Below, in pieces: positions 1-10,116 of a stretch of DNA of 64,000 bases. Every line of letters begins with the position of its first letter. The first letter of the stretch is position 1. A model generated the notes under the pieces. The model had not been told where the DNA came from. It did no database searches and saw only the letters and a list, made by a program, of their open reading frames with translations. The position numbers were made by a program, and so were the translations under genes. Location: the IMG/VR virus record IMGVR_UViG_3300032236_001304, positions 24,443-88,442 of that record. One strand, given 5' to 3'. Source of the DNA: a virus.

Positions 1-1
1 A

Positions 2-481
2 AATCAAATTGGATTAAATAAAAGAATTTGTGTAGTTAATGTAAGAGAAACTCCATTGGTATTAGTTAATCCAGAAATTGTTGAAGAAGGACAAGATAAG
101 TTAATTTATTTTGAAGGTTGTTTATCTTTACCTAAAACTATGAAAAAACCTATTAAGACAGTTCGTTCTTATAGTGTTAAAGTAAAAGCAGATAATTTTC
201 CTGAAGTATTAGAATTTAAAACAGAAACTAGAAATCATAAAGATATTAATGAATTATTTAGTGATGTTGATTTATTAGAATCGGTTTGTGTTCAACATGA
301 AATTGACCATTTAAACGGAATTACAATTAGAGATAGACAATATACTGAAACTGTCCGTTTAACTTCATTTGCTAAATTGGGTAGAAATGAAAAACTTTTA
401 TTAAAGAAGGGCGAAGAAACACTTTCAGTTAAGAAAAAGAATTTATCAACTTACTTAGAACAAGGATGGGAGGTAGCATAA
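2..481 (+). CDS. def: Peptide deformylase (5'-truncated by window edge)
   Basis: EGCLS and QHEIDHLNG metal-binding motifs. The frame stays open back to position 2 (NQIGLNKRICVV, end of PDF motif 1), so the true start lies upstream of the window, not at 56. Confidence 0.95.
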   Translation, partial: NQIGLNKRICVVNVRETPLVLVNPEIVEEGQDKLIYFEGCLSLPKTMKKPIKTVRSYSVKVKADNFPEVLEFKTETRNHKDINELFSDVDLLESVCVQHEIDHLNGITIRDRQYTETVRLTSFAKLGRNEKLLLKKGEETLSVKKKNLSTYLEQGWEVA

Positions 482-482
482 T

Positions 483-755
483 ATGATAATAACAATATTA
501 ATATTACTTACACTTACATTGACCTACATCATTTGGAATCTTCTAAAGAAATTAGAAAAATTAGAAGAATTAGTAGAAGCACAGGATGTAAAATTACAAT
601 ATAATGTAGATAAACTTATTGCTATGTATATGGCAATGAAAGAGATTGATACCAATGGTGCATTTGAAAGTGATGATGAAGTTGGAACTATATTCAACGA
701 TTTAAAAGAAACTATTGAAAAAAACTTAAAAGAAATAGAAGAAACTAATGGGTAG
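483..755 (+). CDS. Small membrane-anchored coiled-coil protein, unknown function
   Basis: N-terminal hydrophobic stretch (MIITILILLTLTLTYIIW) followed by a charged helical region; abuts both neighbours. Confidence 0.7.
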   Translation: MIITILILLTLTLTYIIWNLLKKLEKLEELVEAQDVKLQYNVDKLIAMYMAMKEIDTNGAFESDDEVGTIFNDLKETIEKNLKEIEETNG

Positions 756-1476
756 AAAGAAAAAAGACACCCGTTATTTTACGGAGCAAACAGAAGCAGC
801 TATTATCGCATATAATAAATCCGATAATCAATTAGAAAGAAATAAATTATACGCTGAACATATTCATTATTCATTTTATAAGTTAGCGGAGAACGTATTA
901 AATACTTGGGGATTTACATACTTTGATGATGATAAAGAGGATATTAAACATGAAGTAATATCATTCCTATTAGAAAAAATACATAAGTTTGAAGAGGGTA
1001 AGGGTAAAGCATTTAGTTATTTTACTATTGCAGCTCGTAACTATCTTATATTAAATAATAATGCAAATTATAAAAGATTTAAAGCAACATCACAATTAAG
1101 TGTAATGCCAGATAGTTGGGATTTAGAAAATGATTTTAAACAAACGGCACACAATGAAGAATTTAAAACATTTAATGAACGAATGTTACAATATTGGGAT
1201 TTAAATCTTAATAGAGAATTTACAAAGAAAAGAGATATTCAAATTGCAGATGCTGTTTTAGAATTATTTAGAAGAGCAGAGTATATTGAGTCATTTAATA
1301 AAAAATCGTTATACTTATTGGTGAGAGAAATGACAGGTTATAAAACACACTATATAACTAAAGTTGTTTCTAAAATGAAAGAAACTCAAATGAAATTGTA
1401 TTATCAATTTTTAGATGAGGGGGATATTACACAAGAATCTAAAGATCCATTTTGGAAAAGAGTAATTGTTAAATGA
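748..1476 (+). CDS. Phage sigma factor, T4 gp55-like (late transcription)
   Basis: Region-2-like segment EDIKHEVISFLLEKIHKFEEGKGKAFSYFTIAARNYLI resembles the gp55-family 'F(A/S)YFT' motif; size and position before the structural genes fit. Confidence 0.7.
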   Translation: MGRKKKDTRYFTEQTEAAIIAYNKSDNQLERNKLYAEHIHYSFYKLAENVLNTWGFTYFDDDKEDIKHEVISFLLEKIHKFEEGKGKAFSYFTIAARNYLILNNNANYKRFKATSQLSVMPDSWDLENDFKQTAHNEEFKTFNERMLQYWDLNLNREFTKKRDIQIADAVLELFRRAEYIESFNKKSLYLLVREMTGYKTHYITKVVSKMKETQMKLYYQFLDEGDITQESKDPFWKRVIVK

Positions 1477-3167
1477 GAATATTAGGAATATCAGCTTTTT
1501 ATCACGATTCAGCTGCAGCACTTATTGTTGATGGTAAAGTATTTTCAGCACAAGAAGAAGAAAGATTTACAGGTATAAAACACGACCAAAGATTTCCCAT
1601 TAATTCTATTAAGTGGATTTTAAAACAAAATAAACTTAAGATTAATCAAATAGATAAGATTGTTTGGTACGAAGATCCTAAAAAGAAATATGAAAGATTT
1701 AAGGAACAATACCATAAATATTTTCCTAAAACTTGGAGATTAACTAAAAAATTATTAACTTGGAAATCTAATAATGATATTGATTCTATTATTAGAAATA
1801 CTTTAGGTTATAAAGGTAATATAGAATATGTAGAACATCATCTTTCTCATTTAGCATATTCATTTTATACATCACCATTTACCGATGCACATTTATTTTC
1901 CGTTGATGGAGTTGGTGAAAACGAAACAGCAGTATTAGGTTTAGGTTTAAAAGGTAAATACATCCAACAATTAGAAAGAAACTTTTTCCCACATTCATTG
2001 GGTTTATTATACGCATCAGTTACGGCATTTTTAGGATTCAAACCTAATAGTGGTGAATACAAAGTAATGGGATTGGCAGCATGGGGAAATGATAAAGATG
2101 TTTATAGAGAACAATTTGAAAAGCTAGCAAAACTAAACGGAAACACATTAGAATTGGATATGAAATATTTTTCATTCCATTATTCAGAAAGAGGTATGTT
2201 TACTTCTAAAATGGCTGAGTTATTTAATATTGCACCTAGAACACCCGAAAGTGAGATAGAGCCACAATATATGGACATTGCATTTTCCTTACAAGCGCAT
2301 TACGAAAGATTATTCTTTGCAATGTTAAATAAATTTCATTCACACTACCCAATGGATAATTTATGTTTAAGTGGTGGTTGTGCATATAATGGTTTAGCAA
2401 ATGGTAAGATAACACTAAATACTCCTTATAAGAATGTTTATGTACCACCTGCTCCTTCTGATGCAGGTAGTGCTATTGGTTGTGCATTGTATGTTTGGAA
2501 TAAAGATGTTACTAAAATCAATATGACAAACACAACACCCTATTTAGGACCACATTATACTCACGCTGATTATAGAAATGCAATTGAACAATTGGTCCCA
2601 AAGGATAAATGGGAAAACACTACTAATCCAATAACACTTACTAAAAAAGTTGCTAAATTAATTAATGATGGTGCAATTATAGGTTGGTTCAAAGGTAATA
2701 GTGAATTTGGACAAAGAGCATTAGGACATCGTTCTATTTTAGCTAACCCAACTATTCCAGATATTAAACCTAAAGTAAATAGAGTTATCAAAAAAAGAGA
2801 AGGTTTCCGACCATTTGCACCTATGGTAATTGCAGATGAAGCTAATAACTACTTTGAAATGTTAGGACAAGAAGTTCCTTATATGAATCAGGTATTTAAA
2901 GTTAAGGATGATTTTATTGCAGGTTTACCATCAATTACTCACGCCGATGGAACAGCAAGAGTTCAGACAGTAAAAAGAGAATTTAACACAGACATATATT
3001 TCTTACTTAAAGAATTTAAAAAATTAAGTGGATATCCTATTCTACTTAACACCTCATTTAATTTAAGAGGTCAAACAATGGTATTAGACCCTGTAACAGC
3101 TATTAAAACATTTTACGATTGTGAAATGGATTATTTGGTGTTGGGTAGTTATATCATTAGTAAGTAA
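1473..3167 (+). CDS. Carbamoyltransferase, NodU/CmcH/TobZ family
   Basis: ILGISAFYHDSAAAL, EEERF, EHHLSH, DGVGE, GEYKVMGLA, LSGGCAYN, DAGSAIG, EFGQRALGHRS, REGFRPFAP, LNTSFN: complete Kae1-like plus YrdC-like architecture. Confidence 0.95.
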   Translation: MRILGISAFYHDSAAALIVDGKVFSAQEEERFTGIKHDQRFPINSIKWILKQNKLKINQIDKIVWYEDPKKKYERFKEQYHKYFPKTWRLTKKLLTWKSNNDIDSIIRNTLGYKGNIEYVEHHLSHLAYSFYTSPFTDAHLFSVDGVGENETAVLGLGLKGKYIQQLERNFFPHSLGLLYASVTAFLGFKPNSGEYKVMGLAAWGNDKDVYREQFEKLAKLNGNTLELDMKYFSFHYSERGMFTSKMAELFNIAPRTPESEIEPQYMDIAFSLQAHYERLFFAMLNKFHSHYPMDNLCLSGGCAYNGLANGKITLNTPYKNVYVPPAPSDAGSAIGCALYVWNKDVTKINMTNTTPYLGPHYTHADYRNAIEQLVPKDKWENTTNPITLTKKVAKLINDGAIIGWFKGNSEFGQRALGHRSILANPTIPDIKPKVNRVIKKREGFRPFAPMVIADEANNYFEMLGQEVPYMNQVFKVKDDFIAGLPSITHADGTARVQTVKREFNTDIYFLLKEFKKLSGYPILLNTSFNLRGQTMVLDPVTAIKTFYDCEMDYLVLGSYIISK

Positions 3168-3183
3168 GTTTTTAATTACACAA

Positions 3184-3191
3184 TATTTATA
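3184..3191 (+). promoter_or_regulatory. TATTTATA box, candidate late promoter
   Basis: Exact motif in a short intergenic gap 10 nt before ATG 3202; recurs before many genes in this window. Confidence 0.6.
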
Positions 3192-3201
3192 AAAAAGATT
3201 T

Positions 3202-3624
3202 ATGGCAAATGTAGACATGAATTTTCCTTTATTTAAGGGAAAAACATTTAGTGATTTGTTGGGAGATATTTATGAGAACCAACAAAGTAAAAAGAAAAAC
3301 ATTTCAGGTCTTATCGAAGAAATGAGAAAGTTGGTAACTAAACCATCCGATGTAATTACTATTGGTCCTATTATTACTCAATTGATAGAAGCTAGTATTA
3401 GTAATGATGACCACCTTATTAAAATTGCAAACATAGCACAAAAATTGGTATTAGCAAACACTAAGAAGGCAGGTGATGAAGGGTGGTTAAGTGAAGATGA
3501 TAAAAAAGCATTGTTAGAAGAAATGGACACGGTTGCAAAAGAAATCACACAAAATACCGAAGATAAGATTGAAGATTTAGAATTTGAGATTGAAAACTTA
3601 AAAGAAACATTAGGAAATAAATAA
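3202..3624 (+). CDS. Hypothetical helical phage protein
   Basis: 140-aa ORF preceded by the TATTTATA box and coupled to the next gene by TAATG; no motif recognised. Confidence 0.7.
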   Translation: MANVDMNFPLFKGKTFSDLLGDIYENQQSKKKNISGLIEEMRKLVTKPSDVITIGPIITQLIEASISNDDHLIKIANIAQKLVLANTKKAGDEGWLSEDDKKALLEEMDTVAKEITQNTEDKIEDLEFEIENLKETLGNK

Positions 3625-4931
3625 TGGCAACTAGTAATTTTTTATCATCACAGATTATAAAAGGAGTAGGTGCAGCAAACACACCATTTGAGCAATTTGA
3701 TATTGGTGTAGTTCATACCGTTATATTAAAAGTTGATGATATTAAAAAAGATATATCCGATAATGATATAAATTATAAAGGATATTCTATTAGTGATTTT
3801 ATTACCAAAGATGGTTTATATTATGGTGCAATTTATTATAGATTAATTGGTGGTGGAGGAACGGAAGTTAATGAAAGTGATTTACCCCATGCTTTTCCAC
3901 TTAAAAGAGAATTTTTAGCATTACCCGTTAAGGATGAATTGGTAAAAATATATAAATCGGGAGGTAAAGATTATTATGAAAAAATTACACCCGAAAATTC
4001 ACCAAATTTTAATACGGCACCTGATTTGGTTATTTCAACTACAAAATTGACAAAAGAAGGCAGTGGTTCGGATAATACTTCAAAGGCAGATACATATGCG
4101 GAATCAAATGCTACAAATATACCAAATTCCGCAGCAAAGGGTGAAACAGAAACTATAAGAGCAGGTTTTAGTGGTAAGTACTTTAAAAAAAATATGAATA
4201 TTCACCAATTAGCAATGAATGAGGGTGATACCTTATTGCAGGGTAGATTTGGTAATAGTATTCGTTTTAGTGGTTATATACATGATGATAAAGATAATGG
4301 AACACAATATCCAGCTATATTAATTCGTAATGGTGAAAATTCGGATAATCAACAGAAAAAAATATATGATGTAGTAACCGAAGATATTAACAAAGATGGT
4401 ACATCAATTCAAATAACATCTGGAAAATATAAAACATTATTATCACCAACAGTTAAAGTTGCAAAACAAGCAAATGATCAATATCCATCATCGGACCAAT
4501 TAATAGGTGACCAATTAGTAGTTAATAGTGGTAGAGTAATTGTTTCATCAAAAACAGCTGAGACTTTTTTGTTCAGTAAGAAAAAATTTAGTATCTTTAC
4601 GGATGATGTTGTTACCATAGATACAGAAAAAGGTTATAAACTAATTTCTCAAAATGGAAATATTGAAATAAGTGCAAGACACAATAAAAATATTATATTT
4701 GGTGTTGCAACTGGTGGTAAGATTTTTCACGGTAGAGATGGTGCAGACCAACAAGCTATCTTAGGTAACAAATTGGTAGATTTATTAGGACAATTAATTG
4801 ATGCTATAAACGTAATGCAATTTCAAACTTTCTTTGGACCAACTTTTCCAGGACCTATGGATAAAGCAACTTTAAATACAATAAAAGCTCAATTAAAAAC
4901 TACATTATCTAAAAATAATTATTTGATATAA
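3624..4931 (+). CDS. Baseplate hub/central spike protein (gp5/gpV-like)
   Basis: OB-fold-like N-terminus (PLKREFLALPVKDELV), EGDTLLQGRFGNSIRF, beta-rich C-terminal half and LGNKLVDLLGQLIDAI tail; upstream of gp25/gp6-like genes. Confidence 0.6.
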   Translation: MATSNFLSSQIIKGVGAANTPFEQFDIGVVHTVILKVDDIKKDISDNDINYKGYSISDFITKDGLYYGAIYYRLIGGGGTEVNESDLPHAFPLKREFLALPVKDELVKIYKSGGKDYYEKITPENSPNFNTAPDLVISTTKLTKEGSGSDNTSKADTYAESNATNIPNSAAKGETETIRAGFSGKYFKKNMNIHQLAMNEGDTLLQGRFGNSIRFSGYIHDDKDNGTQYPAILIRNGENSDNQQKKIYDVVTEDINKDGTSIQITSGKYKTLLSPTVKVAKQANDQYPSSDQLIGDQLVVNSGRVIVSSKTAETFLFSKKKFSIFTDDVVTIDTEKGYKLISQNGNIEISARHNKNIIFGVATGGKIFHGRDGADQQAILGNKLVDLLGQLIDAINVMQFQTFFGPTFPGPMDKATLNTIKAQLKTTLSKNNYLI

Positions 4932-6046
4932 TGAGTTGGAGCCAGTTTAAAAAAGAAGTTGGAACAAAAATGAATTCGTATACATTTAAAGATGCTACGG
5001 AATTTGCGAAATACTTTACAAAAAAATATGATGAGGCGGTAAAACGAGGAACGGATAATATAACAAAAAATCCGGTTAAGAAAGGTAATATAGAAATGAT
5101 GGAAGCATCTATCATAAGTGGGATGTTACAAGGAATTGCAAGTACTAATCCGGCTATTTCAAAACAATCATATACTACGTTAGGTAATGGAGTTAAAGCA
5201 TATTGGACAGGTGCAGAATTACAAATTATTGCAACACCATTAATACCTGCACCAGGAACTATTGCAAATATAAAAACAACTAAGAATATTGTAACAAATC
5301 CAGGTAAGTTTTCAAAAGATGATATGGGGCCTGCAAAAAATACCGAAGTTTTTTTAAATACTTTTATTTCTTTGGCAGATGCACATTTAGCTACAATAAG
5401 TGGTATGGCAGAAACGATTTCACAATACCCACCACCTGCACCGCCAGGAAAAGGAATTGTAATGTGGGCAGGTTACAAAGTTCCAAAAGGTAATAGTGAT
5501 GAGGTAGAATTACCTTGGGATAGAATATTTAACGCAGGAAAAAATGCTCTTATTGCATATTTAAAAAAACAAAATGTTTCCGATGATGTTATTAAACAAG
5601 GATTTGGTGCGGGTTCAGGACTAATTAATGTAATTTACAATTTAAAAGATTATGTACACAATGATGTGGTAAATAGAGAAAATATTAATTATTTTGTAAG
5701 TAGAGAAACAAAACTATATTTTGATGGAATACTTATCAACACGTTTTTATCGGTAATAGATACGGGATTCAAAACATTATCGTTTAAAGATAGAATATTA
5801 TTCAAAGCAGGTAGAAACATACCATCAGTTAAAGTAAGAATTAAGTCCGCCGTTGGGTTTGCATTAGAAAATGTTTTTGATGGTATGTATGAGGAAGTTA
5901 TTATCATTCGTAAGGAAACTAATATAAAATATCCACCAGGGTATATAGCTGATTATCTTGATGCTTTAACTGGAATGAGTAATTATATAACATCACAAGA
6001 AACTCCATTACGTGAAGCAATATTTAATAAAATTATGTCGTTATAA
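4931..6046 (+). CDS. Putative virion/baseplate-associated protein
   Basis: 371-aa ORF coupled to the spike gene; Pro/Gly-rich centre (YPPPAPPGKG). Function inferred from context only. Confidence 0.5.
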   Translation: MSWSQFKKEVGTKMNSYTFKDATEFAKYFTKKYDEAVKRGTDNITKNPVKKGNIEMMEASIISGMLQGIASTNPAISKQSYTTLGNGVKAYWTGAELQIIATPLIPAPGTIANIKTTKNIVTNPGKFSKDDMGPAKNTEVFLNTFISLADAHLATISGMAETISQYPPPAPPGKGIVMWAGYKVPKGNSDEVELPWDRIFNAGKNALIAYLKKQNVSDDVIKQGFGAGSGLINVIYNLKDYVHNDVVNRENINYFVSRETKLYFDGILINTFLSVIDTGFKTLSFKDRILFKAGRNIPSVKVRIKSAVGFALENVFDGMYEEVIIIRKETNIKYPPGYIADYLDALTGMSNYITSQETPLREAIFNKIMSL

Positions 6047-6091
6047 TAAAATTATTTAAAACAAATACTTATATAAAGAAAACAAACAATT

Positions 6092-6568
6092 ATGGATCAA
6101 AAAGACTTAATTAAGGCATTAGTGAAAGTATTAAGAGAAGATATCAAAAAAACTCTTAAAGAAGAAATTCGTAAAGCCGTACATGAAGTGTTAAACGAAC
6201 AAGTTGAAACACCAAAACAAAAGGTGAATGAAGGTTACCAAATGAAATCAAAAGATGATGGTAGTTGGGGTACAATAGATTATTCACAAAGAGCAGCAGC
6301 TCCGGTTAGACCTATGATATCTCCAGCGGATTTAGGATATGGTGATGGGTTTGATAATTATATGCAGCCAGAAGTAACACCAGCTAGTAGTTGGGGTGGA
6401 AACGAAGAATATGGTTCATATATGCAAGGTCAACAAGAAGAACAAGGTATTCCGTTGCATGTTAAAGCACAAATGGCAGCACAAAGAAATCCACAGGCAG
6501 CAGCACCTGTGTTAAAAGCATTAAATAGAGATTATTCGGCATTAGTAAAAAAATTCAATAAGGGGTAA
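6092..6568 (+). CDS. Hypothetical protein (late gene)
   Basis: 158-aa ORF preceded by the variant box TACTTATA (6066-6073) and an A-rich leader. Confidence 0.65.
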   Translation: MDQKDLIKALVKVLREDIKKTLKEEIRKAVHEVLNEQVETPKQKVNEGYQMKSKDDGSWGTIDYSQRAAAPVRPMISPADLGYGDGFDNYMQPEVTPASSWGGNEEYGSYMQGQQEEQGIPLHVKAQMAAQRNPQAAAPVLKALNRDYSALVKKFNKG

Positions 6569-6573
6569 TGTAA

Positions 6574-6999
6574 GTGGCAATTCAATTAGAAAAAAAATTT
6601 GTAATTGATACACAAGATAAAAGTGTAGGATTAGCATTACCATTACGTGGAGCTGATACTGGGTATTTTGCTGTAAACTATACTACAAAAGACCAAGTTA
6701 AAACTAATATTAAAAATCTTATATTAACTGAACCTGGTGAAAGATTGGGTAATCCTAACTTTGGAACACCATTGAGAAAATATATTTTTGAACCTTATAT
6801 GGAGGGTGAATTTGAAATGCATATAGAAGATGCAATTACAACTGCAATTTCTACTTATATGCCATACGTTAATATTCAATCCATCATATTTGATAATAAT
6901 ACAACAAACAAAGATAAACATTTGGTTAATTTAGAATTAAAATATTCAATAAATTTTTCAGCAGTTCCGACTGTTGATACATTAACGGTAACACTATAA
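6574..6999 (+). CDS. Baseplate wedge subunit, gp25/gpW family
   Basis: NIKNLILTEPGERLGNPNFGTPLRKYIFEP matches the gp25/GPW signature; GTG start. Confidence 0.9.
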   Translation: MAIQLEKKFVIDTQDKSVGLALPLRGADTGYFAVNYTTKDQVKTNIKNLILTEPGERLGNPNFGTPLRKYIFEPYMEGEFEMHIEDAITTAISTYMPYVNIQSIIFDNNTTNKDKHLVNLELKYSINFSAVPTVDTLTVTL

Positions 7000-7000
7000 T

Positions 7001-9031
7001 ATGGCACTACAACCGATAGATAAAAGTTGGTCTTCAAATAAAAAAGACATTAAATATGTAAACAGAGATTTTGCATCTTTAAAGCAAGCATTAGTTGAAT
7101 TTACTAAAACATATTTCGCTAATACAAATAGTGATTTTACAGATGCATCTCCTGGTATGATGTTTATAGAGCAAGCTGCGTATGTAGGTGATGTTTTATC
7201 ATATTATACCGATGCTCAATTAAAAGAATCATTTATTAATGCAGCATCTAACTATAAAAACATTTTAAGCCACGCACAAAATTTTGGATATGTTCCTAAG
7301 ATTAGTAGACCGGCAACAACTACATTAACGGTGTATCAACAAGTTCCATCTATAAATGTAGCGGGTAATTATGAACCGGATTTTACATATTGTGTTAAGA
7401 TTAAAGAGGGAATGCAAGTTAAATCAAAATCAAATAACAATATTACATTTACAACAACAGATGTAGTAGATTTTGGAAATTCAATAAATAGAACAGTATC
7501 GGTACTTTCATTTGACCAATCTAATAATCCTAATTTTTATTTATTAACAAAGACTGTTCCAGCTATTAGTGCAACACTTGTAACTGAAACATTCCCATTA
7601 GGTTCATTTACACCAAACCCTACTTTTAATATTGTAGATTCAAACTTTATAAAAGTAGTTTCAATTTCAGATAATTCAAACAATTATTATGAAGTTCCAT
7701 ATTTGGCACAAGAAATGGTGTATATTAAAGAACCAAATGCGGCATTATACGATAGTACTTTAGTATCAGATTCGGATGTTACTCCTTACAATTTAAAGTT
7801 AATTAAAACTAATAGAAGATTTACTACAAGAGTAACCGATGTTGATACGATTCAATTAAGATTTGGAGCAGCAAGTGAAACTACGGCAGATGAAATGATT
7901 ATACCTAATACTAAAAATGTAGGATTAGGATTAAACAATTCAATTAGTAGATTAGAACAATCATTTGACCCTTCTAACTTTTTAAAGACATCCACATATG
8001 GTATTGCACCGTCTGGAACTAATAATCAATTGACGGTAAAATATTATAGTGGTGGTGGTATATCATCTAACGTAGCATCAAATGAATTACGAACAATATC
8101 TTTATTAGAATTTGATGAAGATTTATTAGCATTTAATACAATTACATCACCAACATATCAAACAGCAAAAGCATCAATAGCAGTGGATAATTTAGTTCCT
8201 GCAACTGGTGGTAGAGGTATTGAAACATTGGATGAAATTAGAGAAAATGCAATTGCAAATTTTGCATCACAAAATAGAGCAGTAACTAAACAAGATTACG
8301 AAGTTAGAGCATTATCGATGGATGCTGCCTTTGGTAGTATCGCTAAAGTATATGTAGAACAAGATTCTGCGGCAGATATCAATCCAACACAAAATGTATT
8401 GAGAGATCCACAAAGTAGATCTGAGTTTCTTAATATGACAAAATCTTTGGTAGGAAAGAGTGATACTGAAATACAAACTGCAATAGATTCTTTCTTAAAA
8501 TCCAAACATACTTTTAATGCAGATAATAACCCATTTGCAATCAATATGTACACATTGGGGTATAATTCTAACGGAAACCTTACAACGTTGAATAGCGCAA
8601 CTAAAAACAACCTTAAAACGTATTTAAACGATTATAGATTGATTACGGATGCTGTTAATATATTAGATGGATTTATTATTAATATAGGAGTAGAATTTGA
8701 AATAACAGTTTATTCTAATTATAATAAAAGAGAAGTAGTATTAAGTTGTTTACAATCGGTAACAAATTATTTTAATATTAATAATAGAAAAATAAATCAA
8801 CCTATAAACATTAGTGAATTAGAATTAGAAATTGCTAATGTAGATGGTGTAGCATCCGTACCTAAAGTAAATATTACAAATATATGTGGGGATGGAACGG
8901 ATAGTAGTTATTCTAAATATGTTTATGATATTACAGCAGCAACTAAGAATAAAATTGTATATCCTTCATTAGACCCTTCTATTTTTGAATTGAAGTTTCC
9001 ATCAACGGATATTAAAGGGAGAGCATTATAA
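7001..9031 (+). CDS. Baseplate wedge subunit, T4 gp6/P2 gpJ-like
   Basis: RDFASLKQAL...DFTDASPGMMFIEQAAYVGDVLSYYTD at the N-terminus and GGRGIETLDEIRENA...QNRAVTKQDY are typical gp6/baseplate J motifs. Confidence 0.9.
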   Translation: MALQPIDKSWSSNKKDIKYVNRDFASLKQALVEFTKTYFANTNSDFTDASPGMMFIEQAAYVGDVLSYYTDAQLKESFINAASNYKNILSHAQNFGYVPKISRPATTTLTVYQQVPSINVAGNYEPDFTYCVKIKEGMQVKSKSNNNITFTTTDVVDFGNSINRTVSVLSFDQSNNPNFYLLTKTVPAISATLVTETFPLGSFTPNPTFNIVDSNFIKVVSISDNSNNYYEVPYLAQEMVYIKEPNAALYDSTLVSDSDVTPYNLKLIKTNRRFTTRVTDVDTIQLRFGAASETTADEMIIPNTKNVGLGLNNSISRLEQSFDPSNFLKTSTYGIAPSGTNNQLTVKYYSGGGISSNVASNELRTISLLEFDEDLLAFNTITSPTYQTAKASIAVDNLVPATGGRGIETLDEIRENAIANFASQNRAVTKQDYEVRALSMDAAFGSIAKVYVEQDSAADINPTQNVLRDPQSRSEFLNMTKSLVGKSDTEIQTAIDSFLKSKHTFNADNNPFAINMYTLGYNSNGNLTTLNSATKNNLKTYLNDYRLITDAVNILDGFIINIGVEFEITVYSNYNKREVVLSCLQSVTNYFNINNRKINQPINISELELEIANVDGVASVPKVNITNICGDGTDSSYSKYVYDITAATKNKIVYPSLDPSIFELKFPSTDIKGRAL

Positions 9032-10116
9032 TGGTATTATTTTATACAGCATCACAAGATGCAACTATATATTTACAACAACCTTATCAAAACACTGGTA
9101 TTGATGAAATGTTGGAAATATCTAAACAATATTACGGTGATACATCTGATATGAGTAGAGTATTAATTCAATTTGATAATATTGAATTACCAAATGTTCC
9201 ATTTAGTGCATCATTACAATTAAAGATAACAAAGGCAGATGAAATTCCTGCTAGATTTAGTATTGAAGCATATCCAATTAGTGGTAGTTGGGAAATGGGT
9301 ACTGGTACTCGTTTTGATAATTTAACTACTAATGGTGCAACTTGGATGTATAGAAATGGAGATGATACAAATTCTAATTGGTATACACATATGGATGGTA
9401 TTACGGCATCATATGATCTGTATGTAGATGGTGATGCAAGTGGATGGGGTGGTAGTTGGTATACATCATCAGTAGTATCTCAATCTTTTAATTATAGATT
9501 AGATGATATTAATTTAGATGTTACTCAATTCTTTGAAAGATGGGCAGATAATGAATTAATTAATAATGGTATTATACTTAAATTTCCAAAAAGTGCAGAA
9601 ACTGATAATGTTGATTATGGTAGTATTAAAATATTCTCAAAAGAAACTAATACAATATATCAACCTAAATTAGTTATTACTTATTTAGAAGATGATGTGG
9701 TTAGTGGAAGTTTAACTACAATTACAGATTATGTAAATGCTAGTCAATATGATGTTCAATATAGAGTGTATTCTCCTAATTTAAAAACAACATATCACAA
9801 AGGACAAAAGATAACAATAAAAATAGATGCAAGAGAATTATATCCAATCAAACAATTTAATTCTACATTTGCATACCAAGTTAAATATTACTTACCATCA
9901 ACCGCATATTATAGTGTGATTGACACGGTAACAAAAGAAACCCTAATACCATACTCCGATGCAAGTAGAGTGGTACAAGGTGAATATAACAACTTAATTA
10001 AATTAAACTTTAGTAACTGGCCTATTGGTAGAAATTATACATTATTAATCAAATCAATCGATAGTGATGATAATGAACAAATTTTTGAAGTAGGTTCATT
10101 TGACATATACGAATAA
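9031..10116 (+). CDS. Virion structural protein (DNRLRE-like beta-sandwich)
   Basis: DATIY...NTG...SRVLIQFD, W-x-x-G, LDVT...W...NNGIILK, FSKE...PKLVITY pattern; lies inside the baseplate module. Confidence 0.55.
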   Translation: MVLFYTASQDATIYLQQPYQNTGIDEMLEISKQYYGDTSDMSRVLIQFDNIELPNVPFSASLQLKITKADEIPARFSIEAYPISGSWEMGTGTRFDNLTTNGATWMYRNGDDTNSNWYTHMDGITASYDLYVDGDASGWGGSWYTSSVVSQSFNYRLDDINLDVTQFFERWADNELINNGIILKFPKSAETDNVDYGSIKIFSKETNTIYQPKLVITYLEDDVVSGSLTTITDYVNASQYDVQYRVYSPNLKTTYHKGQKITIKIDARELYPIKQFNSTFAYQVKYYLPSTAYYSVIDTVTKETLIPYSDASRVVQGEYNNLIKLNFSNWPIGRNYTLLIKSIDSDDNEQIFEVGSFDIYE

